Positions 10,206 to 19,250 of a stretch of 64,000 bases of DNA are shown in pieces. A program made the translations under genes and the position numbers. The notes below the pieces were generated by a model, which had not been told where the DNA came from, ran no database searches, and worked only from the letters and a program-made list of their open reading frames with translations. Position 1 is the stretch's first letter; each line of letters starts with the position of its first letter. Source of the DNA: a virus. Lineage: Duplodnaviria; Caudoviricetes. Where the stretch lies: positions 1 through 64,000 of the IMG/VR virus record IMGVR_UViG_3300028886_000059. One strand, 5' to 3'.

Positions 10206-10553
10206 TTAGGCCACCACCTTGACGAGGTTGTAAGACTTGAAGCATCTGAACTCCTGCTTCTGAACGTCGAAGTAAGTAATGCAATCCTTACCACGCTTAT
10301 AGTTCGGGTCATTCTTGATAAGCGGGTTGATGATGGTGTCAATAAGCGTACCGAATGCCTGACGGGTCTCGCCTGTGCTTACCTTGACGTACCAAAACTC
10401 GACCATCTTTGTGCGCATCTTCAACTGCAACTTGATGACCATCCAAGCATTCTTGAGAACCTCACTCCATGAACGTGTGCCTGCTGTAGCCTTGTAGATG
10501 CTGTGTGCCATGTTCATCACCTGTCTCATCTGATTCTTTGCTGTTGTTGTCAT
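10206..10553 (-). CDS. DUF2693/WYL-like SH3 beta-barrel protein
   Basis: VEFWYVKVSTGETRQAFGTL...YFDVQKQEFRCFK pattern. Confidence 0.75.
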   Translation of the reverse strand: MTTTAKNQMRQVMNMAHSIYKATAGTRSWSEVLKNAWMVIKLQLKMRTKMVEFWYVKVSTGETRQAFGTLIDTIINPLIKNDPNYKRGKDCITYFDVQKQEFRCFKSYNLVKVVA

Positions 10554-10561
10554 AATCGTCG

Positions 10562-10602
10562 TGCCTGTGTTTAATCTGTCGGCGGCAGTTCTAAATGGTT
10601 TG
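10562..10602 (-). ncRNA. conserved leader RNA motif, copy 1
   Basis: aaaccauuuagaa-cug-ccgccga-cag-auuaaacac-aggca, ending about 8 nt before AUG. Confidence 0.7.
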
Positions 10603-10620
10603 TTGTTCTTATTTCTGATG

Positions 10621-10690
10621 CAAAGATAAGCAATTTAATTTAATCTACCAAATTTTTCAGCGAAAAAATAAAGTTATTTGCTTTATTTAA
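10621..10690 (-). promoter_or_regulatory. early-class promoter with operator
   Basis: -7 TATCTTTG, -33 TTTGG, upstream AAATAAAG-N7-CTTTATTT palindrome. Confidence 0.8.
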
Positions 10691-10773
10691 CAATTTAAGC
10701 CCTTTTTCAGCCCTTCATCACATTATTATTATATAAAACTGGCTTTTTTCTTGCTTTCATCAAAGATAAACGA

Positions 10774-10799
10774 AAAGCAAGATACAACTATCTTGCTTT
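10774..10799 (-). terminator. putative terminator hairpin
   Basis: aaagcaagata-caac-tatcttgcttt inverted repeat after the operon end. Confidence 0.5.
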
Positions 10800-10860
10800 A
10801 TCGTAGAATCCATCTTGAATCGTTTTCTTCATCTTGAAATTGTTTGTGTTATTCGGCCAC

Positions 10861-11073
10861 TTATTCGGCAGACTGATTCTCCGTTTCCGCTTTCGGTAGC
10901 CTGTTCGCCATAGCGTTATACTCAAAAATGATTTCACTTGGTATCGGCCAGTTCGCAGCCGTGAACCTTCCGATGGCTTCTTTCAGTTCATTGAACCTAC
11001 GCGCCTCCAGTACAAACTTTGGTGTAACGCCCAGCGGTGGCGTGTTGTCTCTTGTCAGCTTTTCCATAATCAT
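10861..11073 (-). CDS. hypothetical protein
   Basis: 70-aa ORF (PPLGVTPK motif). Confidence 0.65.
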   Translation of the reverse strand: MIMEKLTRDNTPPLGVTPKFVLEARRFNELKEAIGRFTAANWPIPSEIIFEYNAMANRLPKAETENQSAE

Positions 11074-11768
11074 TCTATCGTAAAGTTCTTATTGATAGCA
11101 TCCATCACAGCCCACACCTTATTAACGTCGAAAACGTCATTCGTCCTGACGCTGCTTTCCATATCTACCCAATACTGGCGAACAACAGGAGATTGCTCAA
11201 GAAATGCCAGTGCCTTAACGATGTTGTCAGCGGACAGGCCACCAGCATAGCCGACCTTCAGGGGAGTATCAAGTGCGTTTATGTCAGACACAATGCCCCT
11301 TCCACCTGACGCATCCAGTAGCACAGTCAAATTCGGATTTGGCAGACCGCTCCTCCACAGTTCAATGTTATCAACTGATTTCTGCTGAATGATGACCTCT
11401 TCCAGCGAATCAGGCGCATCAATACGCAACGTCGGCGGGTTATCCTTATATCCCGCAATGTTCAGCTGGCATCGCTTGAAGATGTCGAATCTGCCTTTGC
11501 ACAAGTCCACTACAGGATAGAAGTTGTTCCGCACAGCCGACTTTGCAATAGAGCCGCACAGGTGGCATGACAGGTTAAGACCTTCATGTGCAATCCTGTA
11601 AAGTGCATCGGGATTGAAATACCTCATTCCGTTCTCATACCAGTGTGCCGACAAAAGCACACCAAACTCGACCATCGGCCATTGATTCTGTATAACTTTC
11701 AGGTCATACGGATTCGTCCACCCGTCTATTCCAGTGAACGTGATTTGCTTCAATTTCTTTAGTTCCAT
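11070..11768 (-). CDS. TrpF/PRAI-like TIM-barrel protein
   Basis: ITFTGID, EFGVL, LLDASGGRG, GYAGGL and WVDMESSVRT motifs. Confidence 0.7.
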   Translation of the reverse strand: MELKKLKQITFTGIDGWTNPYDLKVIQNQWPMVEFGVLLSAHWYENGMRYFNPDALYRIAHEGLNLSCHLCGSIAKSAVRNNFYPVVDLCKGRFDIFKRCQLNIAGYKDNPPTLRIDAPDSLEEVIIQQKSVDNIELWRSGLPNPNLTVLLDASGGRGIVSDINALDTPLKVGYAGGLSADNIVKALAFLEQSPVVRQYWVDMESSVRTNDVFDVNKVWAVMDAINKNFTIE

Positions 11769-11769
11769 A

Positions 11770-11982
11770 TTATTTCTTCTTTTTGGGTTTAGTCTCTTTC
11801 GGCATCTTGAATCCATGCTTCTTGCACAACGCCCTGAATCGGGCTTCATCTGCCTTTATCACGTCATCAATGCCACCTATTTTTTCGCCAGTACCCCAGC
11901 GTTCATGTTCCGAAGGTGGATGCACCTCAAGTTCATCCTCACCCCAATCAGGGCGCATGTCACTGTTTATGTAGATGCTCAT
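11770..11982 (-). CDS. hypothetical protein
   Basis: ORF in tight operon. Confidence 0.55.
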   Translation of the reverse strand: MSIYINSDMRPDWGEDELEVHPPSEHERWGTGEKIGGIDDVIKADEARFRALCKKHGFKMPKETKPKKKK

Positions 11983-12302
11983 ACTTTTTTATTATCGGCA
12001 TATTGCCATACTATTAGTTTCACATATCGTTTTTTATCCTTGATGTCCGTAAAAAATTCCATTCTATAATTTATAGATTTGTGTGGATTGTACTTTTTGT
12101 TTGCCTTGATGCAATCGACACACCACCGTTTTTCCGACTTCAAACCATCTACAAAAAAATGCACTTCGGGCACAACCTTTGCTATACCAATTCTTTTCCT
12201 GCTGGTATCTTCGTATGCTTCTATTATGTCATACTCGCCCAGCTTGCAGTGTTCAAGGCTGAAAGGTATGTCATCAGGGATAGTATAGGGTTCTGTGCTC
12301 AT
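11979..12302 (-). CDS. hypothetical protein
   Basis: ORF in tight operon. Confidence 0.6.
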   Translation of the reverse strand: MSTEPYTIPDDIPFSLEHCKLGEYDIIEAYEDTSRKRIGIAKVVPEVHFFVDGLKSEKRWCVDCIKANKKYNPHKSINYRMEFFTDIKDKKRYVKLIVWQYADNKKV

Positions 12303-12304
12303 AG

Positions 12305-12490
12305 TTATTCCGTTTTGCAGTTACACCCCTCCAGCGTCAGACTACCATCTGATACAAAGAAATCATCACCCCTTTTGGCCGCTTCCACAATCTCGCGGCT
12401 GCTATCTTCATCAATAGGATATGCAAGCGCATGACCAAAGTACACGCGCCCGCACTGGTGGCATCTGATACCTAATATCGGCTTCTTCAT
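12305..12490 (-). CDS. small zinc-ribbon-like protein
   Basis: CHQC...CNC. Confidence 0.55.
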   Translation of the reverse strand: MKKPILGIRCHQCGRVYFGHALAYPIDEDSSREIVEAAKRGDDFFVSDGSLTLEGCNCKTE

Positions 12491-12497
12491 AGCAGTA

Positions 12498-12968
12498 TTA
12501 TTTGAATTTCCATGTTTTCATGTAGTCGAATGGCATAGGATAGCCGTCTATAATCTTCGGCGATAGGAGATAGCGACCCTTCATATAAGGTATGCGCATG
12601 AATTGCCCCAAGCTGTCACCTTCGTTATGGGCAAAGTATTCCTTTTCCGTTGACTCATACACGCTGAAATGCCTCTGAAATCCATACCCCTGTACGCTTT
12701 CACCCAAGATAGGCCAGTGCATATCTTTGACACACCAGTTTTCCACGATGTCGGCATGACAATAATGAGTACTATAGACAGCTACGAAAAATGTCTGCTG
12801 AAAATACCCTGTTTCGGTAAGGTCGGGGCTTGCCATCACCTTGAAATACTTCATGTGTTTCTTCAAGTCTGCAACCTTCTTTTCGTACTCTTCACATTCG
12901 GTCTTGTCAATGAACTCTTTTCCGTCATCGGCAATATAAACCTTCTTTGTTACAGTTTCTTCTTTCAT
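12498..12968 (-). CDS. hypothetical phage protein
   Basis: VYIADDGKEF...CEEYE N-terminus common in phages. Confidence 0.7.
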   Translation of the reverse strand: MKEETVTKKVYIADDGKEFIDKTECEEYEKKVADLKKHMKYFKVMASPDLTETGYFQQTFFVAVYSTHYCHADIVENWCVKDMHWPILGESVQGYGFQRHFSVYESTEKEYFAHNEGDSLGQFMRIPYMKGRYLLSPKIIDGYPMPFDYMKTWKFK

Positions 12969-12975
12969 AGCTGTA

Positions 12976-13284
12976 TTATTTTACCGTTGCTTTTCCTGCT
13001 GGCTTCAAGTCATCAGCATAACACCACTCATCGCTACGCTCCAGCCCTTCCACATGGCCGCTATGACACACATCATAGTCGAAGTTGCCGATGTACTTTC
13101 CATAGGCAATCTCGCCGCTTGGGTATCTGACAAGTATCATACTGCCGTATTTCGGCTCAGTCATTCCATCGTGCCACAGGTTGTTAAGAACCAAATCCAC
13201 ACCGTCGTTAAATGCTTGCTGGCATTCTGACGATTCATAGGTAGCACCTTTCTTTATAATCTTGATTGCTAATTCTTCTGTCAT
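12976..13284 (-). CDS. hypothetical (DUF551-like) protein
   Basis: WHD..EP...WCYADDL pattern. Confidence 0.6.
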   Translation of the reverse strand: MTEELAIKIIKKGATYESSECQQAFNDGVDLVLNNLWHDGMTEPKYGSMILVRYPSGEIAYGKYIGNFDYDVCHSGHVEGLERSDEWCYADDLKPAGKATVK

Positions 13285-13682
13285 ATCAATTTTATATTTT
13301 TATTCTTCTGCTCAAGTGGATGCGGTATATCCAGCCAGTATTTCACACCTTCTATGTTCCAACCACCTTTCCCATAACCTTCGGGATGATATTCTTTCCC
13401 TTCAATCTTTACGAAAGAGTTAGGGTCAACACGATGTGCAAAGCATATTTGGTAACATGGCTCACCCTGTAATTCACGCGGCCTTATGCCCATTCGCTTG
13501 CTTATGTCTGCCAGCACAACAACATCCCTGTCTATTTCAGGCAGTCTGTCACTTACGCGCACCCATGCTTTTTCTTCATGCCACGCCACACCAGCCATAA
13601 ATGCGTTCACGATGGCCTCCTCTTCCGTCTTTCTTGTTGCCTGAACGAGCAGGATAAACTTCTTCGCTGCACGTTTAATCAT
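13281..13682 (-). CDS. DUF551-like protein
   Basis: WVRVSDRLPE...VKYWLDIP. Confidence 0.7.
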   Translation of the reverse strand: MIKRAAKKFILLVQATRKTEEEAIVNAFMAGVAWHEEKAWVRVSDRLPEIDRDVVVLADISKRMGIRPRELQGEPCYQICFAHRVDPNSFVKIEGKEYHPEGYGKGGWNIEGVKYWLDIPHPLEQKNKNIKLI

Positions 13683-14226
13683 CGACCACTTCATACGGCT
13701 CAAATTTTTGCATCTTGAACTTCTTTACCTTCTCGAACTCTTCCGCACTGACCCTCATTCTGATGTTGGTGCAATCCTCGTTGTAGTCGGGTATGCGCAC
13801 AACGCCATATTCCCGTTTTTCCGTCGGTGGCCATAAGCCCCAAATATCATCGCGGGTAAATGATTCTGCATCGCCTTTCAACGGCTGCACAATGATTTCT
13901 TCTTCATCGAAAATCCTACGCAGCTTGATGTTCAGGAGTTCCGTAAGCCACAAACGCAGTTGATGATGGTCGATGGCGCATTGCTTATCATCACACGACT
14001 TTTCGATTTCAAAGCAGTGCTTGATGGCTTCTTTCATCCTGTCGGTTTCAGAATACACCTTGTCACCGTCAATCTCCAAGTCGTTTTCGTCGCAGTATGC
14101 TTGCAGGGCTTCGTCGCACCAGTCACCCTCACACGTTCCATTCCGTGACGTTTCGCCACGCATGTAAGGGCAGTATTCGCACAGACCATCACCCAGCTTT
14201 TCTTTTAGTTCTTTAGTCGTAGTCAT
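13675..14226 (-). CDS. hypothetical Cys-rich protein
   Basis: 183-aa ORF. Confidence 0.65.
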   Translation of the reverse strand: MTTTKELKEKLGDGLCEYCPYMRGETSRNGTCEGDWCDEALQAYCDENDLEIDGDKVYSETDRMKEAIKHCFEIEKSCDDKQCAIDHHQLRLWLTELLNIKLRRIFDEEEIIVQPLKGDAESFTRDDIWGLWPPTEKREYGVVRIPDYNEDCTNIRMRVSAEEFEKVKKFKMQKFEPYEVVDD

Positions 14227-14229
14227 ACC

Positions 14230-14430
14230 TTACATTTCCTTTTCGTTTGACAGTGCCTCCAGTTCGCCGATTTCGCCGTTTATGTTTCGGGCTATGAATT
14301 GCAGCCTACGCAGCTTTTCACGCTGATACTTAGACATGGGCTGACGGCTTTTCGATGACCGCTTGCGAATTTCACGTATCTCTTCTGCCAGCGATTCAGC
14401 AGTCTTTTTCAGCATTAACAGGGCTTCCAT
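14230..14430 (-). CDS. hypothetical coiled-coil protein
   Basis: Start MEALL directly after the upstream stop. Confidence 0.55.
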   Translation of the reverse strand: MEALLMLKKTAESLAEEIREIRKRSSKSRQPMSKYQREKLRRLQFIARNINGEIGELEALSNEKEM

Positions 14431-14431
14431 A

Positions 14432-14914
14432 CTACTTCCTATAGACATTGCCACTACCTGTTGATACCAATCCAGCGACATCACCACAATGAACGTCACC
14501 GCTGCCAGTGCTGACATTGACAGCATTTTCACACTGCACATCACCGCTTCCAGTCTTGAGGTTCTGTACGTCGCCATGAACAACCACGTCGGCCACTGAC
14601 GCATTAAGCAGCTGAACATTGCCAGTGATTTCAATGCTGACAACATTCTCCTCCTCATACTTGCCGCCTAAATCGTTCCAGTCAACTGCTTTGCCATCAA
14701 CATACCACTGGCCATCGCGTTTCTTGATGATGTTATTGCCACGCAGCACATGACGCTTGCCATTGCGGGTGATAGTCACGCTTCCACCTTTAACGATGGT
14801 TTCGCCGTTGTTGTTAATGACCATACCACCACTGATAGAGGTGATACCTTCTTTCGCCTGTTTAGTTGCATCCTTGATGAAATCTTTCAAGGGCATTCCA
14901 TTAATTTCAATCAT
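14432..14914 (-). CDS. beta-repeat (DUF4097-like) protein
   Basis: Repeated STGSGDVxC motifs. Confidence 0.7.
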   Translation of the reverse strand: MIEINGMPLKDFIKDATKQAKEGITSISGGMVINNNGETIVKGGSVTITRNGKRHVLRGNNIIKKRDGQWYVDGKAVDWNDLGGKYEEENVVSIEITGNVQLLNASVADVVVHGDVQNLKTGSGDVQCENAVNVSTGSGDVHCGDVAGLVSTGSGNVYRK

Positions 14915-14918
14915 AGTC

Positions 14919-15173
14919 CTATTTATTGTGATTTAACTCCTTTATTTTCTCAAAGCAGGCATCGTTCAGATTCGTGGCCTTATCCCAAAGTGCATCATTC
15001 CGAATCATCAGCGAATCAATCAGCGCATTTTGGCGGTCTATGACTTTCTGCTGGGCATCATGCACCGCAAAGCACTGTTTTATCGCGCCCATTTGGATAA
15101 AGAACACTACAAACAGCACCGCAAACACTATGCTGAATGCTGCCATGATTATCTTCTGTCTGTTTTCGCTCAT
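14919..15173 (-). CDS. membrane-anchored coiled-coil protein
   Basis: N-terminal TM helix. Confidence 0.6.
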   Translation of the reverse strand: MSENRQKIIMAAFSIVFAVLFVVFFIQMGAIKQCFAVHDAQQKVIDRQNALIDSLMIRNDALWDKATNLNDACFEKIKELNHNK

Positions 15174-15415
15174 ATCGGTTTATAATTAGTCGGTTTCCAT
15201 TCCACTTTGCCGTTTACCATCTTGGCCTTATACTCCAGCAGGTAGCCGTCATCCATTGCAGGGGTGATGCAGTCGTTTGCGAAAAGTTCCGCATCCGTCC
15301 ACTTGTTGACCTTCATCATGCTTTCAACCGTTTCTTTGGCCTTATCCAGTGAGTCAAAATTAGTCGTTACAGCACGTTTGCGGCCTTTTCTTGATAGTGT
15401 GATGATATACTTCAT
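15170..15415 (-). CDS. hypothetical protein
   Basis: ORF. Confidence 0.6.
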   Translation of the reverse strand: MKYIITLSRKGRKRAVTTNFDSLDKAKETVESMMKVNKWTDAELFANDCITPAMDDGYLLEYKAKMVNGKVEWKPTNYKPI

Positions 15416-15418
15416 ACC

Positions 15419-16102
15419 TTATAGTTTGATGATTAAAATCTTGACTTTATCGCAGACTTTAAGATTCTGTTTTTCCGCTGTCCTAATTCTATCTATTGCA
15501 AGTGCTGGGCGTTTATCCCAATCAATAACGGCAACTTCAAAGGCATCCTTCATCATCTGCTCATACAGCCATTGCGCACCAAATGCAAATTCGCTATAAG
15601 ATACCTTCATGGCATCCGCGCCTCTAAAATCTTTCCATCTTTCAGAGTGCTTGATTGCTTCTTCTAATATCCTATTATTAAGTTCTTTTGGCACAGATTC
15701 CCTTACTTCCATCAAATCTACATCATGGGCATTTTCTTTTTCTGATGTAATGGCAGAACTTAATCGGTCTCTTTCTTCCATGACCTTCATCCTCATAGCA
15801 ATATCATCGCTTATAGGATTTTCTAAAGATTCAATAAAAGAAATCAGGTCATTGCATACAGAAATAGGGGATGCGCACCCGCTATTCTTTAGCACTTCTA
15901 CAACGGTTTTAATTTTCTGCAAGTTATCCATTTTGACATCGCTTGCAGATTCTTTTTGAAGGGTTTCAGCGTATTCTATCATTTCTTCAAGTGCAGCACA
16001 CCTTCCTGCAAGAGTCATGCAGCCAGTAATGCTATCACCCTTTTTCATTTCTTCCCTAAACCCGTCTAATCGCCTTTTCATTTCGGCTATAATTCTATCC
16101 AT
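15419..16102 (-). CDS. hypothetical protein
   Basis: 227-aa AT-rich ORF. Confidence 0.65.
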   Translation of the reverse strand: MDRIIAEMKRRLDGFREEMKKGDSITGCMTLAGRCAALEEMIEYAETLQKESASDVKMDNLQKIKTVVEVLKNSGCASPISVCNDLISFIESLENPISDDIAMRMKVMEERDRLSSAITSEKENAHDVDLMEVRESVPKELNNRILEEAIKHSERWKDFRGADAMKVSYSEFAFGAQWLYEQMMKDAFEVAVIDWDKRPALAIDRIRTAEKQNLKVCDKVKILIIKL

Positions 16103-16599
16103 AATCAGCCCTCCTTTCTATATAAATATGTATCAATAGCTACATTCACACCTTCCTTAACATTCGGCGTGTTTATTCGCGTAATAACCTTTTTTACGTG
16201 TATATTCTGATAGTCGGGATTTGCCGTGCAATAGTCATTCAGCAGCGCATCCAACTGGTTCAAAAATTCATCTTTTGTCATAGCAAGTACCTTATTTTGT
16301 TATTTCCACACTGCCACTATCCCATTCAAGGTCATAGCCTACAGGATTGTCAACTGCCATCTGCCCGTTAAGACCGACGGCAAACTCAACGGCCTCCTGA
16401 ATCTCCTGTTCCGTAGCGTCATCACTAACATCAATGACACCTTCAATGCGTACTTCTACCTTCATAGTCAATCCTCCTCCTTACAATTCTTGATGACCTC
16501 ACGCCACTCTTCGGGCGTTCTACCTGAAATATACAAGCCTATAATGCAGGCGATAAGAAATAACTCAAACATGATTCTATATTCTAAATGGTTCTACAA

Positions 16600-16917
16600 T
16601 CAATTCATCAACACAGTCAAGTCGTATGCGCTCATCGGGTCTGCAACCGTACCACAGAAAGATGCTATAATCTGCATGTCGATGTCTTTGTCACATCCTG
16701 CGATGGTATAGCGGTACACCTTGCAATGACCATTCTTGCCAATCTCACCCTCATAGCCAGCATTTTCAAGATACAGGGTAACACCCTTGTCAGTGCCTAT
16801 AATGCTTTCTACGACGTTCTTAACGCCCTGCCAGCACTCATCGTAATACTTCTTGCTGGTTGCATTCTGAATGGCTTTGTAAGCCCTGCGAATGAAAGTT
16901 CTTTTAGCTGTTGCCAT
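16600..16917 (-). CDS. hypothetical protein (first gene of an early operon)
   Basis: Start MATAKR follows the leader motif. Confidence 0.7.
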   Translation of the reverse strand: MATAKRTFIRRAYKAIQNATSKKYYDECWQGVKNVVESIIGTDKGVTLYLENAGYEGEIGKNGHCKVYRYTIAGCDKDIDMQIIASFCGTVADPMSAYDLTVLMN

Positions 16918-16926
16918 GTTGTCTGT

Positions 16927-16968
16927 TGCCTGTTTGGTCAGTCGGCTCATCTGCTCTAAATGGTTTTG
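16927..16968 (-). ncRNA. conserved leader RNA motif, copy 2
   Basis: caaaaccauuuagag-cag-augagccga-cug-accaaac-aggca. Confidence 0.7.
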
Positions 16969-16979
16969 TTTTACATGTG

Positions 16980-17050
16980 CAAAGGTAAGCAAATAAATTG
17001 AAACCACCAAATATTTTGAAAAGAAAATAAAGCAAATAACTTTATTTAAC
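16980..17050 (-). promoter_or_regulatory. early-class promoter with operator
   Basis: Same -7/-33 spacing and operator as the other copies. Confidence 0.8.
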
Positions 17051-17229
17051 TTTTCAAAGACTGAAAACGGGCAAAAACGAAGCCACACCTTATATATAAT
17101 ATATGGCATGGCTGTTTTGTTATGGTTTTGTTCTTTCATTGTCTCGCCCTTGTTGGTTGCCATTTTCAGACGCTTGCAATACACTGGAACATAAAAAGTT
17201 ATCTTTGTTTCATCCTTGTTGTCTGAATG

Positions 17230-18111
17230 TTACTGGCCTGTTTGTTCGTCATCTGTGAACAGGGCATTAGTCTGTCTTTCAATCAGGGGCAGGATGCCGA
17301 CCTCCTTCAATTTGTTGTAGAGGAACAGACGGCCTTTCTGTCGCCATTCAGTGTGCATGACCGTATCAGGTCTGCCATCTGAACGTGTGATATTGATGGT
17401 CTTACTGATGATATAACCTTCGGAAATGTAGGGCGCATAGAGAATCCACTGGCCGTTTACCTTGCGTTGAATACGCATGGCCTCCAGCTGCTTGTTGAAT
17501 GTAACTGCTGACATTCCGTAGTCCTGCGCTATCTGAGTCGTAGTGACAGAGCCGACGCTTGACAGAATGATTTCAAGGTAATCGGTCTTTTGTTTCATTT
17601 CCACTATCTCCTCAGACATGGCCGCAATCTGAATGTTCTGCTGCTGAATAGTTTCAGTCTGCTGTTTGTTCTCAAGCATCAGACGCTCCTTTTCTTCCTC
17701 GGCCTGCAATACCATCAACGCCAAATCCTTGCGAGACAATTCTTTGTTGATGGCTTGATTTGCTACCTTATGGAATACGGTACGATACACATCAAACACC
17801 GCTCTGACCTTACGGGCAATGAAATATTCAAGGCATGATGTGGAAAGCATATACATATCTTTAGTTGTACCGCCAACGCTTCGCTCCACCTTTTTGCGGA
17901 GTGAGGTATAATCTTCACCTTCAATAAAATTCTTCCGCAATTCACGAACCGCAACATCCCTGCGCGTATAGACCAGCATCCAAACCTCATCGAGATTCAC
18001 AGGAAATTCCTGCCCACTACGAGACATTTCCAGTATCTTGCTGAAATACATCTTCAATTCATCACTACTGCTGTCCTTTGACAAAATCAGACTGTTTGTT
18101 ACATCTTCCAT
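17230..18111 (-). CDS. phage antirepressor (AntA/AntB-like N-terminus, KilAC C-terminus)
   Basis: FPVNLDEVW...FIEGEDY; TTTQIAQDYGMSA...GQWILY...WRQKGRLFLY. Confidence 0.85.
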   Translation of the reverse strand: MEDVTNSLILSKDSSSDELKMYFSKILEMSRSGQEFPVNLDEVWMLVYTRRDVAVRELRKNFIEGEDYTSLRKKVERSVGGTTKDMYMLSTSCLEYFIARKVRAVFDVYRTVFHKVANQAINKELSRKDLALMVLQAEEEKERLMLENKQQTETIQQQNIQIAAMSEEIVEMKQKTDYLEIILSSVGSVTTTQIAQDYGMSAVTFNKQLEAMRIQRKVNGQWILYAPYISEGYIISKTINITRSDGRPDTVMHTEWRQKGRLFLYNKLKEVGILPLIERQTNALFTDDEQTGQ

Positions 18112-18224
18112 ACTATCACCTTCTTTAATGAAAGTGGGGCAGAAACGAGACCGCACTTCCCGAATCCACCCCGAAAATATCCTAATTCCGTGCCGTGCGG
18201 CAGCACATCATTTCTTTTCAGATG

Positions 18225-18296
18225 CAAATATACCGCTTTATTTATAATGCACGAAATAAATTCTTTTGCTTGTTTTCACCAAACAAATTAAGTGAA
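18225..18296 (-). promoter_or_regulatory. late-class promoter
   Basis: caaatata at 18225, ttcacc-N10-agtgaa at 18275. Confidence 0.75.
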
Positions 18297-18309
18297 AGAC
18301 TTGCCAGTT

Positions 18310-18636
18310 TTACTCCGTCATAACGAATCCGAATATACTTGGATTGTCTGTCGGGTTGAAAACGTATGGGAATCCGATTTCCTCTCCAAGTGGGAATCCT
18401 CCAGCCTGTTCATCGCCATCAATAGGACGACGAAACAGGTAATCAAATCCCATGCGTTCCGCAATACTGTTACCGCCGATACTAAGCGCATGGGTAAGAA
18501 GCAAGGGGAGGTTTCGTTTCCCCTTGCTGTCTTCCACCTCCATAATATCGGTGTCGGCGACCTTGACGCGGACGATTTTTCGCCGCCCGTCACCATCTGC
18601 CTCCTGATGGGTTACATGGAGAGTTATCTTCTTCAT
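18310..18636 (-). CDS. hypothetical protein
   Basis: 108-aa ORF at the end of the tail operon. Confidence 0.6.
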   Translation of the reverse strand: MKKITLHVTHQEADGDGRRKIVRVKVADTDIMEVEDSKGKRNLPLLLTHALSIGGNSIAERMGFDYLFRRPIDGDEQAGGFPLGEEIGFPYVFNPTDNPSIFGFVMTE

Positions 18637-18641
18637 ACGGC

Positions 18642-18902
18642 CTATTTGATGGAATCAAGCATCGGCATGAGAGTACGCTTCACGATAGCCTTGAAGCCCT
18701 GCTCGATGTACTCCTTGACCTTCTGAGCGGTTTCCTTCGTCAGTTCCACCTCCTTCTTGTGGTAGATTTCATGTCCAAGGTCTGCAACTGCGATGTCCTG
18801 CTCTCCGTAGTACATCATGTTTCCTAACTCCTTTGAAATGTCAACGGACTGAATGTTACCTTCAATGTCCTTAATCTCAATCTTTGAAAAATCAATCTTC
18901 AT
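18642..18902 (-). CDS. tail-fibre-associated small protein
   Basis: MKIDFSKIEIKDIEG..ELGN..Y pattern typical after Bacteroidales tail genes. Confidence 0.65.
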   Translation of the reverse strand: MKIDFSKIEIKDIEGNIQSVDISKELGNMMYYGEQDIAVADLGHEIYHKKEVELTKETAQKVKEYIEQGFKAIVKRTLMPMLDSIK

Positions 18903-18909
18903 AATAAAA

Positions 18910-19245
18910 CTATTTTTTATAAGTTAAACAATAAATCCATGCAAAGTGCTTGCGGTTCTGCAAGTAGTTCATATCATATTGATTTGCGTATGCCTCGCGT
19001 TCAAATGACATGTTACGGTAGACATCATTGAAGTTCCTGTACTGGATAAGCCTGAACAGGTATTCTATGCCGTACCATAGATAGAAGAAAACCAATAGCA
19101 TTTCAATTTGCTGTCGGCTATGTATCAACTCATGATTCAAGTCCACATCCTTGAATGAAGAGCCCCGCCTTACGAATATCCAAGGCCAAAAGCACATTGA
19201 CTTGTGGCTCTTGAATGGAATGATGTCGTTAATTACTACTTTCAT
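18910..19245 (-). CDS. HExxH-containing phage protein
   Basis: LNHELIHSRQQIEML...FEREAY. Confidence 0.7.
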   Translation of the reverse strand: MKVVINDIIPFKSHKSMCFWPWIFVRRGSSFKDVDLNHELIHSRQQIEMLLVFFYLWYGIEYLFRLIQYRNFNDVYRNMSFEREAYANQYDMNYLQNRKHFAWIYCLTYKK

Positions 19246-19250
19246 AATCA

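Noticed and set aside
16600-17184. N-terminal extensions in the ORF track (also 42483-43478)
   Set aside because: The extensions run through promoter and leader motifs; the true starts are more likely 16917 and 43397.
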